Below the pieces are notes generated by a model. The model saw only the letters and a program-made list of their open reading frames with translations. It was not told the DNA's origin and did not search any database. This document shows positions 34,960 through 45,070 of a stretch of 64,000 nucleotides of DNA, piece by piece (the first letter of the stretch is position 1; each line of letters begins with the position of its first letter). The DNA comes from a virus. The DNA lies in IMG/VR virus record IMGVR_UViG_3300032174_000002, positions 1 to 64,000 of that record. One strand, written 5' to 3'. The position numbers and the translations under genes were made by a program.

Positions 34960-35759
34960 GGCTCGACCCCGAAGTCCGCGAGGTCCTCGACCACGGCGCC
35001 CTCTTCGTCGCCAACCATAGCGGCGGCAAGGACAGCCAGGCGATGCTCATCCGGCTGCTTGAAACGGTGCCGCGCGAGCAGCTCGTGGCCGTGCACGCCG
35101 CCCTTGGCGAGGTCGAGTGGCCCGGCGCTTTGGAGCACGCCGAGCGCCAGGCGCAGGATGCCGGGCTGCCGTTCCTGGTCGCTCGCGCCGGCATCTCGCT
35201 GCTCGAGATGGTCGAGCGCCGCTACAGCCGGCGGCCGGAGGTCCCGTCCTGGCCCTCCGCCTCGACGCGGCAGTGCACCTCCGATCTGAAGCGCGGGCCG
35301 ATCGCGCGCGAGGTCCGCCGGTTCGCCAAGGCGCACGGCTTCTCGGTGCTGGTCAACTGCCTGGGCATCAGGGCGGCCGAGAGCCCCCGCCGCGCCGTCG
35401 CCGCAACCTGGTCGGCAAACGCCCGCGCGACGACGCATCGCCGGCAGTGGTTCGATTGGCTGCCGATCCACGCCATGAACACGGTGGAGGTCTTCGAGAC
35501 GATCCGCGCGGCCGGCCAGCAGCCCCATCCCGCCTACGCCGGCGGCAACGAGCGGCTGTCATGCATTTTCTGCATCTTGGGCTCCGCCGCGGACGCTCGT
35601 AACGGCGCCATCCGCCACCCCGACCTGTTCGCCCGCTACGTCGAGCTGGAGCGCCGGACCGGCTACACAGCGCACCAGTCGCGCCGGAGCCTCGAAGAGG
35701 TCGCCGGCCTGACCGTCGAGCAGGCTCGCGAGCTGCATGCCGCGGAGGCTCCGCGATGA
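34956..35759 (+). CDS. PAPS-reductase-family (PP-loop) protein
   Basis: SGGKDS, RQCTSDLKRGP, GIRAAES, WLPIH, RLSCIFC. Confidence 0.88.
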   Translation: MRLDPEVREVLDHGALFVANHSGGKDSQAMLIRLLETVPREQLVAVHAALGEVEWPGALEHAERQAQDAGLPFLVARAGISLLEMVERRYSRRPEVPSWPSASTRQCTSDLKRGPIAREVRRFAKAHGFSVLVNCLGIRAAESPRRAVAATWSANARATTHRRQWFDWLPIHAMNTVEVFETIRAAGQQPHPAYAGGNERLSCIFCILGSAADARNGAIRHPDLFARYVELERRTGYTAHQSRRSLEEVAGLTVEQARELHAAEAPR

Positions 35760-36356
35760 CCTTCATGCCCTACGGCACCCTGACCGACAACGCCCCGATC
35801 CACCCAGGACGGAAGCCGAGGAGCAACCGCCAGGTCTTCCGGGTTACCAAGTCGCCGATCTGCGAGTACAACCCGGCTGGCAAGAATTGGGTGGCGATGC
35901 TGTCCGACCGCTTCCATGGCCTCGCCGTCGTCGAGGTGGACGTCTACCTGCCTGGCGCCCCCTCCCTCCGGCTTTGTGATGACTGTGCTCGACGGTTCCC
36001 GCGGCGTAGGGTGCGGGCGCTGCGATGAAGCTGGTCTGCCTCCTGCTCGGCGGCCCGACCTACACGATCGACGGGATGCCCTTTGAGTGGCACCCTCGCC
36101 TCGGCCCCGCCCTGCTCGGCAAGAAGGGCCAGGTCCTCGCCAGCCAGCCAGGCCCGCGGCACCGCTTCTGGAAAGCGATCGATTGGTGGCGGGAACAGGG
36201 CTGCCGGGTGACGGACGCAGGGGTCTGCATCTACGAGGAGCCGCCGGCGCCGGTCTACGTACAGATCGTCGGTCGCCATTACGCCGAGGTGGCGCCCGGC
36301 CGAACGCCGGAGGATGTGCGCCGCGAATGGCTGGCGAAGATCGAACGGGAGCCGCG

Positions 36357-36803
36357 ATGATGCGCCGCTCCCCGCTCCGCCGCATCGGCAAGAAGACGGC
36401 CGCCAGGATGGCCCATGGAACGCCACGCCGTCCGCTCCCGGCCCGCAACCCCGAGCGCCAGGAGGCGAGTTACAGGCGAAACTACGCCGGTCCTCTGCCC
36501 GGCGACTACCGGCTACGTATCGTGGTGATGCCCTGTGCGGCCTGCGGGCGCCGGGCACCCTCCGAGCCGGCCCACGTCCGCGCCCGCGGGATGGGAGGGG
36601 CCAAAGGGTGCTGGAGGGACCTGGCGCCGCTCTGCGGGCCGCGGTTCGGCGACGTCGGCTGTCATCGGCTCTTCGACGGCGACAGGGCCGCCTTCCGGGC
36701 GCGCTTCCCCGGCCTCGACCTGGCGGCGATCGCGGCCGAGCTCGCCGCGGCGTACCTGGCGGAATTGGGGCTCGCGGTGGACGCTCCCCCAGCGCTGCGC
36801 TAA
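36357..36803 (+). CDS. HNH-like (DUF968/Ref-type) nuclease
   Basis: PCAACG...EPAHVRARGMGG...PLC...CH. Confidence 0.65.
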   Translation: MMRRSPLRRIGKKTAARMAHGTPRRPLPARNPERQEASYRRNYAGPLPGDYRLRIVVMPCAACGRRAPSEPAHVRARGMGGAKGCWRDLAPLCGPRFGDVGCHRLFDGDRAAFRARFPGLDLAAIAAELAAAYLAELGLAVDAPPALR

Positions 36804-36806
36804 CCT
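36778..36806 (+). promoter_or_regulatory. sigma70-like promoter for the HTH gene
   Basis: TGGACG-N17-TAACCT. Confidence 0.5.
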
Positions 36807-36815
36807 TCCATCCTG

Positions 36816-37148
36816 ATGAGCGACCCCGCGAAGCCCCTCACCCCCTCCGAGATGGGCCGCCGCGGAGGCGCCCGGTCGACGGCTGCCCAGAAGGCCGCGG
36901 GCCGGCGCAACCTCCGCTCGGCGGCGAGGGCCCGGAAGCGGGCGCTCCGCGCCCAGGCCGAGGCGGCGGCCCAGATTCCGATCGGCAACACGGTCGACGA
37001 AAAGCTGGCGGCGGGGAGGGAGATGCTCGCCGGCGGGGCGTCCCTGGCCGCGGTGGGACGGCGCCTGAAACTCTCCCGGGAACGGGTACGGCAGGCTCTC
37101 GGAGAGTTTGCCGCCGAATGCCGGGCGGCGCGGCGGCGGCCGGAGTAA
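36816..37148 (+). CDS. HTH protein (sigma region-4-like) with a basic N-terminus
   Basis: EMGRRGGARST...; SLAAVGRRLKLSRERVRQ. Confidence 0.7.
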   Translation: MSDPAKPLTPSEMGRRGGARSTAAQKAAGRRNLRSAARARKRALRAQAEAAAQIPIGNTVDEKLAAGREMLAGGASLAAVGRRLKLSRERVRQALGEFAAECRAARRRPE

Positions 37149-37343
37149 CCGCCTCTCAACTCAGGCGGGATCCCCGCAGGTTGATGCTCGGGCTTCCGGG
37201 AAGGATTCGCTCGACCTTGAGCCGCCCCTGGCAGGGATCGCAGCCGGCCGGCTTGTCCCCGCACATACCGCCACGCCTCCGGCTAGCAAACCCCTCGAGC
37301 CATCGACAGCCGCAGCGTTCGCAGATCAGGTGGACGTCGGCCT

Positions 37344-38093
37344 TCATGGAGCCGCCATGAGCGATCCCTGGACCGCCGCGAGGCTCAGATCGGCGACGAG
37401 GCCGCCGACGATGCGCCGGTAGAAGCCGTCCCCCCACTCCCGCAATTCCTCATCCCCGAGATTGGTGGTGATGATCGTCGGCCGGCTCTGCGACTGCCGC
37501 TCCTCGAGCAGCGTCCAGACCCGCTCATGGCGGTTGTAGGAGAACGACTCCCGCCGGCGCAGGTCGTCGATGACCAGGATGCCGGCGCAGGCGTAGTTCA
37601 TCATCGCCTCGTCCTGGAAGGCGTCGAGGTTCAACTGGTGGGCGGGGAGCCAGCGGCCGATCCGGCCGGCGCGCAGCACCTCGTCGAACATGGCGGCCGC
37701 GATGTGGGTCTTGCCGATGTTTGAGACGCCGCGGACCAGGAGGATGGGCAGGTAGCTCTCGTCGCGCGTCCAGAACCGGAAGGCGGCCACGGCGGGCGGC
37801 ATCCGCATCCGGCTGCCATCCCAGGTCTCCCAGGTCATCCGGCAGTAGGAGGCGGGGACGCCAGACCGGCGCCGGTCGTCGCGCGCCTTGTCGGGGTTGA
37901 AGTGCATGAAGGTCGCCTCGCTCTTGCACTTCTCGCAGCCGCCGTTCGCGAGCTCGTACTGCGTCATCGCGGCACCGCACGGACAGAGTTTGCCGCTCGG
38001 CGAGCCGAGCCACCGCTCGATCCCCTCAGTGCTGGTCTCGGGACAGCGGCTCGCCACGTCCCGGTAGTGCCGGGGGGCTATCGATGGCTGCAT
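37344..38093 (-). CDS. DnaC/IstB-like helicase loader ATPase
   Basis: GVSNIGKTH, LVIDDL, RPTIITTNL. Confidence 0.85.
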   Translation of the reverse strand: MQPSIAPRHYRDVASRCPETSTEGIERWLGSPSGKLCPCGAAMTQYELANGGCEKCKSEATFMHFNPDKARDDRRRSGVPASYCRMTWETWDGSRMRMPPAVAAFRFWTRDESYLPILLVRGVSNIGKTHIAAAMFDEVLRAGRIGRWLPAHQLNLDAFQDEAMMNYACAGILVIDDLRRRESFSYNRHERVWTLLEERQSQSRPTIITTNLGDEELREWGDGFYRRIVGGLVADLSLAAVQGSLMAAP

Positions 38094-39111
38094 CTCGGTT
38101 CTCCTGTGGTTTCTTGAACATGCCGGCAGCTTCCATGCGTCGGATCTCCGCCTCGGCGCGGGATGCCTCGGCGGGGCTCATCTCGCGCGGTTTGAGGGTG
38201 CCTGGCGGCAGTTGGTTCTCGCGGGGGACGTCGAAGCGGCGGCCTTGAAGGCCTGACCCCGGCCGCGATGCGCCGTTCCCGTTCGCCGCTCGCTCGGTCG
38301 GTTGGTGATCCTGGGTGTCTCCGCACCGCTTGCCGAGCCAGGTGGCCATCCCCTCGTAGGTGCGTCGCTTGGCAGCGTGGTTGCGCGACCAGAGACGCAG
38401 GGCGGACAGGCGCTGCCGCACATCGACCCCCGGATAGGCGCGCTCGAGCTCGCTGACCAGGGCCGCTCTGACGCCGTACTCCACGGCCGAGCCGGCGTGC
38501 CCCCACCGCTCGTCTGGCGCCAGGCCTGCTGAGGACGTGTCCGCCAACTCCCTCCTCGGAGCCAAGTAGTGATCGGCGAGTTTCGGCGGCTGACCAGCGA
38601 TCGGGATCCAGATCACCACGTCGGGGGCGCCCCCCGGCGGCCCCTTTCGCCGCTCAGCATCGTGCTCGCGCGCGCTGCTGCCGAGCCGAGGAGCGGGAGG
38701 GGTAAGGGGTGGGGATTGGGGGGTCTGGGGGGAAGGGGGCGGGGATGGGGGGGGTGAGGGGTCATGCCCATCTCTCCGGTGCCCTGCCGGTGCCCTGCCG
38801 GTGCCCTGCCGGTGCCCTGCCGGTGCTACGGCTGTGCCATCAGCCTGCCGGTGCCCTGCCGGTGCCCTGCCGGTGCCCTGCCGGTGCCCTGCCGGTGCTA
38901 CGGCTGTGCCATCAGCCTGCCGGTGCCCTGCCGGTGCTACGGCTGTGCCCTGGCCGGTGCCAGGAGCGTCAGCATACGGCGTCCCCGCTGAATCAAGCGC
39001 CGCCTGAAGTAGCTGGCGAACGACCTCGGCGATACCAATGCCGCGGCGCCTCGCCTCAATCTCGAGCCGGAAGAGCACCGGCTCCGGTAAGTCGAGCGTG
39101 CGCTGCTTCAT
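38026..39111 (-). CDS. Putative replication initiator
   Basis: RHH-like N-terminus, internal DNA repeats, Pro linker, LERAYPGVDV...LW...KRRT...WL C-terminal domain; upstream of the DnaC-like gene. Confidence 0.7.
   Translation of the reverse strand: MKQRTLDLPEPVLFRLEIEARRRGIGIAEVVRQLLQAALDSAGTPYADAPGTGQGTAVAPAGHRQADGTAVAPAGHRQGTGRAPAGHRQADGTAVAPAGHRQGTGRAPAGHRRDGHDPSPPPSPPPSPQTPQSPPLTPPAPRLGSSAREHDAERRKGPPGGAPDVVIWIPIAGQPPKLADHYLAPRRELADTSSAGLAPDERWGHAGSAVEYGVRAALVSELERAYPGVDVRQRLSALRLWSRNHAAKRRTYEGMATWLGKRCGDTQDHQPTERAANGNGASRPGSGLQGRRFDVPRENQLPPGTLKPREMSPAEASRAEAEIRRMEAAGMFKKPQENRDAAIDSPPALPGRGEPLSRDQH
38776..38961. repeat. Tandem 11-bp CCGGTGCCCTG repeats in a 72-bp higher-order unit (candidate origin iterons)
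   Basis: 4x11 + 28 + 4x11 + 28 + 11 + partial unit. Confidence 0.9.
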
Positions 39112-39332
39112 CGGCCCGCAGCCCCCGCATCCGCCGAGCGGAGGGGCTCGACGAGATCTGGCGGGGGTGGGGCACTTCGGCTGCGTAGGCTGGCGTCAAA
39201 CTCGATGGCGTGGCGCGTGTGGATAGCGATGCAGCGCCGTAAGTAAGACTGGAATGGGACCGCCTCGAGCGCCGCAGCCTTCCGCGCGTCTGACAGGAGG
39301 TCATCGTCCAGGATAAGGGTGAACCTCGGCAT
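39108..39332 (-). CDS. Ribbon-helix-helix-like protein
   Basis: MPRFTLILDDDLLSDARKAAALEAVPFQSYLRRCI. Confidence 0.55.
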   Translation of the reverse strand: MPRFTLILDDDLLSDARKAAALEAVPFQSYLRRCIAIHTRHAIEFDASLRSRSAPPPPDLVEPLRSADAGAAGR

Positions 39333-39815
39333 GGCGTGATCTCCGCAGAAAGTAGGAAGGAGATAGTACGGCTGGCGGCGCGCCGGCGTCAAGTTCTAGG
39401 CCGAACCTCCGCCGCGGCCTCCTCGAGCCGCCGCGTCCGCTTCCCGCACCAGCAGACCACGGCTCCTGGCGGGAAGGCGTGGCCATCGGCGCACCTGGCG
39501 TCGACCATGGCCACACTGAAGGGCTCCCGCTTCGACGGCCGGAGGGTAGCCAAGAGATCGTCCACCGCGGCTCGCAGCGTAGGGCTGCCGCTGGCGATCG
39601 ACGCCAGGGACGGCCTGATGGGCGCGGAAGGGGAAGATCGGGCGTCCTGTGGCATCCTGCGGGCTGGCGGCTCCCGAGCCACCGCCTCGAGGAGCGGCCC
39701 GAACTCGCCGGCGCCATCGAGCAGCATCGCGAGGATCTCCGGCCCGGTCATCGAGTCGAGGGTGCCGCGGCCCTGGGCGGCCATGGCGGCGCCGAGCCAG
39801 CGCTGGACCTGGGCT

Positions 39816-40583
39816 TCAGCTTCGGTCATCGGGAACCTCCTTCGGCCGACGTCGCCGGCGTCGAATCGAGTCCGCCAGGCGATGCCGGACCGGCGGCCTG
39901 GTCAAGCCGTCCTCCCGCAACCAGGTGCACACGGTCGGCAGCGACACGCCCACCGCGGCGACGATCTCCCGGAGCTTCTTGCCGGCGATCCGGAGCTGCA
40001 TCACCTGGATGCGTCTCTCCCGCCTTGCCCGCGCCTCCGGCGTGTCGGCCTCCCACTGCGCCCGGCGGGTCGCCTCCGCGGCATCGCAGCGGTCCTCGGC
40101 CTCGAGGTGCCGCTTGACCGCGTTGCGGCTGATGTCGAGCTCTCGGGCGATGCGGTGGACGCTCCACCGGCGCTCACGGGCGAGCTCGCGCGCCACGGGG
40201 CCGATCGCCTCGTAGTCGCGGCCGTTGCGGCGGCCGTTCTGGATCACGTCGGCCTGGCTCTTGGTGCGGAGCACGCCGGCGCGGCGCAGGTAGTCGAAGA
40301 CGGTCTGCTGCGACGGGGCCGGATCGACGCCGGCGGCGCGGAGTCTCGCGACCACCCCGCGACAGGACAGCCGCTCCTCGACGTAGAGGCGCCGGGCCTC
40401 GAGCATGGTCCGGGCCGTGAAGCAGTTCTGGTCGGCGATCCGGCTATTCCGTTTCAGGACGCCGTAGGCCCATCCAGGGCTGACGCCGGCGGCGCGCGCG
40501 GCCGCGGTGTGGCTGCTGGTCCGGGCGTAGTTGGCGAGCACTCTGGCGCGGTGCCAGGCGCCGTAGATCGGGCGGCGGCTCAA
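39816..40583 (-). CDS. Multi-HTH DNA-binding protein
   Basis: AAARAAGVSPGWAY, WSVHRIARELDISRNAVKRHL, LREIVAAVGVSLPTVCTWL. Confidence 0.7.
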   Translation of the reverse strand: MSRRPIYGAWHRARVLANYARTSSHTAAARAAGVSPGWAYGVLKRNSRIADQNCFTARTMLEARRLYVEERLSCRGVVARLRAAGVDPAPSQQTVFDYLRRAGVLRTKSQADVIQNGRRNGRDYEAIGPVARELARERRWSVHRIARELDISRNAVKRHLEAEDRCDAAEATRRAQWEADTPEARARRERRIQVMQLRIAGKKLREIVAAVGVSLPTVCTWLREDGLTRPPVRHRLADSIRRRRRRPKEVPDDRS

Positions 40584-41262
40584 TCTTGCTCCTTCGCTGA
40601 CATGCGCCTGTAGTAGCCGCGGTTCACCGGATCGATCAGCGCGGCCAGCATCCCAAACTGGTCGTGCTTGTAGCGCACCCACGGCTGGCCGGGCTCGCTG
40701 GCCTCCTGCAACTCGAAGCCCAATACGGCGCCGGTTCGGACAAGCCGCCAGATCGTGCTTTCCTCTGTGCAGCCCCAGCGCGCCGCCACTCCTGGGTCGT
40801 CCCTGTGCGGCATCACCTCACCTCGAGGTTGAGGCAGCGGCAGGCCGGATCGCCGCACACGCCGCCGGTGTAGTTGATGCTGTGCGCCGGACCGTGGGCA
40901 TCGCGGCGGTGACCGCAGCGGCAGACCTGGCGGTCGGTCCGCTCCTGCTCGTCACGGCGCAGGTCCTGCCAGGCTTCGAGGAGGAGCTTGCGGGCTTGCT
41001 GCACCTTTGGGTGGGCCAGGTAGGTGGCGTCACTGACCATCGGCGCTCCCTCCTGGCGCTCGGCGGCCGAGAGCGGCTGCGCAGGCCCGGCACTTGAAGC
41101 TCTCCTGGACCGCCTTGTACATCGGCGGCGAGAGGTTCGACGACTCCCAGCCGCGGCAGAGCGAGACGCGGAAGCCGTCGCGGTCCACGCCGACCGGGAG
41201 GAAGTGCGCCTTGCGGGCGCCGCGCGGCCACCACCAGCCCTCGGAGAAGGCGTCGGGCTCCT

Positions 41263-42063
41263 TCACTCGCCCTCCTCTCCGTGGACGGCCAGGGTTGGCG
41301 TGCGGGTGGTCTCGTCCCAGCCGCGCTCAAAGGTGGTCCCGCGGGCGCCGGCGAGGGGGAGCGCCGCCTGCCGCGTCTCCTCGATCACCCGCTGGCGCAC
41401 GCCGTTGACGAAGTCGGGATCTCGATCGAAGCCAATGAAGAGCCGATCGCAGCGGATAGCCGCGATCGCCGTTGATCCTCCACCCATGAAGGGATCGAGC
41501 ACGAGACCGCCGCGCGGCGACACGAGCCGCACGGCACGCTCCATCAGGTCGACAGGCTTCTCGGCTGGATGGTCTGTCAGCGTCGACGCGTTCCCTCCAC
41601 CCCAGGCGCAGCGCCACAGATCCGGCTCGGAGGCGCTCGCCGCCTGGAAGTCGTTGAGTTGAAGAACCGTGAAGGTTTCGTAGCTCCTGCTTAAGACACC
41701 GCCGAGTCCCATGCGCTCCTTGTCCCAGACGCCGATCGCTGGCGCGCGTCGGATGCCGAGCTTCGCCGCAGCCTGGTCGAGTTCGAGGCAGCCGCGCCAG
41801 TCGAGCGTCATCCAAACCGCCCCATCAGGCCGGAGGACGCGCAGCCACTCCCGCAGATGCTCGCGCAGCCACGCCGCGAAGAACTGCGTCTCCTTGATCG
41901 AGCGCACGGTGCGGGAATTGGCGATCGACGACTCGCCGGCGATGGCGTAGGGCGGATCGGTCACAACCGCATGGACGGAGCCGGGCGACAACTCGGAAAC
42001 AAGCTCGAGCGCCTCACCCAGGAACAACTGGACGCCGGGCTGCTCGTGGTAGAGCCGCGCCAT
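41263..42063 (-). CDS. Beta-class N6-adenine/N4-cytosine DNA methyltransferase
   Basis: TDPPY, HPAEKP, LDPFMGGGST. Confidence 0.92.
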   Translation of the reverse strand: MARLYHEQPGVQLFLGEALELVSELSPGSVHAVVTDPPYAIAGESSIANSRTVRSIKETQFFAAWLREHLREWLRVLRPDGAVWMTLDWRGCLELDQAAAKLGIRRAPAIGVWDKERMGLGGVLSRSYETFTVLQLNDFQAASASEPDLWRCAWGGGNASTLTDHPAEKPVDLMERAVRLVSPRGGLVLDPFMGGGSTAIAAIRCDRLFIGFDRDPDFVNGVRQRVIEETRQAALPLAGARGTTFERGWDETTRTPTLAVHGEEGE

Positions 42064-42803
42064 CAGAACAAAGTCCCCGACCGCCGCGCCGCCGGCTTCA
42101 CCACCTTCGGAGCCGCCCAGCCAGGTCGCCCCGTCGCCGGCGCCAGCCCCAGCTCGATCAGTGCCGCCAGGCCGATAAACGCCGCGTCGGAGGCGTCGTA
42201 GCCAGGGAAGCTGTGCACGGCCCCCCAGCGAGCCCGAGCCGCGGCCAGCACCTCCTCCTTGCCGGTTCCCGATCCGCCGCCCTTCCCGAGCGCGGCCATC
42301 TTCACGGAGGCGATCGGCTGGGACTTGACCTCCAGTTGGTTCTCGGCGCACCAGGCGAGCAGGATGCCCTCGGCGGCGCCGTAGGCATGCGCCGCTGCGA
42401 TATTGGTCGGCCGCGGCTTGTGGATGGTCGCTGCGACACCGGCGATGTCGTCGAGGACCGCCTCGATCGCGGCTCGGTCACCGGGCGGCAGCGTCCGGGA
42501 GCGCTTGTATCCTTCACGGGCCAACCGCAGGATGCGCTCCGCCGCGGTGGTCGGCTCGTCAGCTGCGGGGCTCATGTGCGCTCGGACTTCCTCGTAGGCG
42601 CAGAGGTCAGGGCGCCCAGATGCCAGCGCCTCGTCGAGCTTCTGGCGGAGCCTGATCCAGCGGACGCCCGGCGATTCCTTCCGGTTCCGGTCCGCGATCG
42701 ACCACGTTCCAACGCCGGTAAGGTCGGCGCCGCCGCCCGGGCGAGCCAAGAGTCTGGCCCAGCCGACGAAGGAGCCGCCGAGATCCAACGCCAGGATCTT
42801 CAT
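42063..42803 (-). CDS. RuvC-like Holliday junction resolvase
   Basis: ILALDLG, YEEV, AAHAYG, VK..ALGKG, KEEV, DASDA. Confidence 0.8.
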   Translation of the reverse strand: MKILALDLGGSFVGWARLLARPGGGADLTGVGTWSIADRNRKESPGVRWIRLRQKLDEALASGRPDLCAYEEVRAHMSPAADEPTTAAERILRLAREGYKRSRTLPPGDRAAIEAVLDDIAGVAATIHKPRPTNIAAAHAYGAAEGILLAWCAENQLEVKSQPIASVKMAALGKGGGSGTGKEEVLAAARARWGAVHSFPGYDASDAAFIGLAALIELGLAPATGRPGWAAPKVVKPAARRSGTLF

Positions 42804-43888
42804 CCGCTGCCCTCCGCCACCAGCCGGTTCACCGCCTCGATCGCCGCCCGCTTGGCTGCCTCGTGCTCTGCCTTCGCTACCTGGTTCGTCGGCTCCCGCT
42901 GCCGCCGACCCCAGGTCCGGTAGACCTCGCGCTGCAAGGGCTTGGGGACGAGGCGCCAGTGCTTGCCGCAGAGCAAGAGGTGGGACGGGACGACGGCCGA
43001 GCAGCCCGAAACATCGCACATCAGGTGGACCTCACCTGATCGAATTCCACGACCTCATCCAGCGACTCCGCGGCCGAAGTTATCAGGTTCGATGGATCAT
43101 TGCAGTTGCTCAAGACGACTACGCGCGCGCCATCGCCCGCGGTGCCAGGCACGTCCGAGATCAGCGCCCAGGCCCGGCCGGCGAAGTGAGCGTTGAGCAG
43201 GAGGAAGAGTTGCCTGTCGCCGGGCGAGATGCTCACCGCTTCCGCCTCCTGCCCGGATGAGCAGGACCACGGCGGCCCTTGCTCGGCCGCGGTCCTGCGT
43301 CGTTGTGGACCTTCGGGTGCGCGATCGCCGGAAAGGCCGGCGCAGGCTGTTCCCCGATCGGTCGCGGGATGGGCGGCCAGCGGGCACGATCCATCGCAGC
43401 GGGCGGCTGCTCGCCTACCGGAAGGGCACGCCGCCGCTGGCGGATCGGGCGCCCGTACTTGCGAGGAGGACCGGAGATCACTACCAGCTTTCCTCAAGCG
43501 CCTCGAACTCATCGCGCGGCATCTCGTAGCAGCGGATCGTCACCGCAGGCCCAGGAGTTGTGGCCGCCTCGTTACTCCCGTCCCACGCAAGCTCGGCCGC
43601 CTCAGTTGCCGCGCGGCCGGCAGCCTCGGCGGAATCGACGACGAGGTAATCGTAATCGCGGTTCGGGTGCGGCGCCACCTCCCAGACGCGGACACTATCC
43701 GCCATCGCTCGGTCCCTTCTCGCGCCCACCGTTCAGCAGCTCGGTGAGTAGGGTAGCGTTCAGGTCGCTGGCTGCCGCCTGGCCTGCGCGCCGGGCCTCC
43801 GGGGAGCTATCCAGCGATTCCAGGATGGTGATCGCCGCCTTGACGCGGCCGGCGTCGTGGAGGATGGCGTGGGTGGGCTTGCCGGCCA

Positions 43889-44329
43889 TCACCATTCCGC
43901 CTCGGTAGAATACTTGTAATCGTCGCCGTCGTCGTCACCGATCGCATTCGGCAACCCATACTTGATCGCCACCGCCTTGAACAGCGGCAGCCCGTACTGC
44001 GCGTAGCTGTCGAAGTCCCGCAGTTCGGCGTCGTCGAGAACCCACATCCACATCTTCACCGTCTCGTACATGAGCGAGGCCGAGATGCCGCGACGGTTCA
44101 GCGCCTTCTCGAAGCCGAAGGCCAGATCCTCGGCGAGTTGCGCGACGACCGCCTCCTGCGTCCATGGCTTCGGCGGCTTCGGCTCGGCGCCGTCCTTCAG
44201 CTTGAAGCCGAGCGCCTCCCAATCGGCGACAGGGAAGAAGTCGCACAGCCGCGCGTAGTCGCGGCCATCGAGAGTCTGGCTCTCCTTGCCGCCCTTGATC
44301 GCTTCCAGCACCTGTGCCTGCGTCAGCAT
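43889..44329 (-). CDS. Hypothetical phage protein
   Basis: DLAFGFEKALNRRGISASLMY...YAQYGLPLFKAVA. Confidence 0.65.
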   Translation of the reverse strand: MLTQAQVLEAIKGGKESQTLDGRDYARLCDFFPVADWEALGFKLKDGAEPKPPKPWTQEAVVAQLAEDLAFGFEKALNRRGISASLMYETVKMWMWVLDDAELRDFDSYAQYGLPLFKAVAIKYGLPNAIGDDDGDDYKYSTEAEW

Positions 44330-44340
44330 CGGGCCTCCGC

Positions 44341-45057
44341 TCAGCAGAACCGCGAGATCCCCGTCACGCCGGGAATCGGAGCCGGCGTGCTGTTCATAAC
44401 CTCCTTCATGGCCTTGGCCTGCGCGTTCAGGGCAGGCATGGCGGGGAGGAGGTACTGCGACCGCTGCGCCGGGTTCTCGGCCACCCACTTGATCAGGGCC
44501 GGAAAGTCGGTCACCTCGGCGCTCCACGTCTTGCGCACGTTGACGCCCATCGGCGCCGGCGGCCTCGCTGCGGTCACCACCGGGGCGGCCGGCAGGATGG
44601 TCAGCGCGGCCTCGGCGGCTGCGGGTCGGCCGGCATCCTGGTAGCGTTGGGCGCGTTCGAGCGCCTCCTCCTCGACCACTCGCTGCGCGGCGGCGCGGGC
44701 CAGTCGCGCCTCGTCCTCGATCCGGCGCCGCTCCGTCTCCCGCCAGGCGCCGAGCTTCGCCTTGAGCGTCCGGCGTGCCCGCTCGAAGGCTCCGGCCAGG
44801 CGGTCTCGCAGCGCCACGTTTGCCTTCCAGGCCCGGTGGCTGGCCTCGCAGGCAGGCTCGACTAGGGCCAGGGCTTGCTTCTCGTGGTCGGCCCACTCCC
44901 GTTCCAGGGTGCAGGCTTGCTCGTGGTCCTCGGCTGTCAGAATCTCGATCTCCTTCGCGCGCTGCTCGACGGCGGAGCCTTCCGTCTCCACCTTCGCCAG
45001 GGCCTGCGGATCGATTCTGGGTGCGGGTTCTTCGACTAGGACTGCCGGTGCATTCAT
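44341..45057 (-). CDS. Coiled-coil protein of the recombination module
   Basis: Long helical region ending RKTWSAEVTD...IPGV. Confidence 0.6.
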   Translation of the reverse strand: MNAPAVLVEEPAPRIDPQALAKVETEGSAVEQRAKEIEILTAEDHEQACTLEREWADHEKQALALVEPACEASHRAWKANVALRDRLAGAFERARRTLKAKLGAWRETERRRIEDEARLARAAAQRVVEEEALERAQRYQDAGRPAAAEAALTILPAAPVVTAARPPAPMGVNVRKTWSAEVTDFPALIKWVAENPAQRSQYLLPAMPALNAQAKAMKEVMNSTPAPIPGVTGISRFC

Positions 45058-45070
45058 GGCTGATCTCCGG

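Noticed and set aside
38776-38961. CRISPR array
   Set aside because: The intervening 28-mers are identical to each other and the tract lies in frame within a gene
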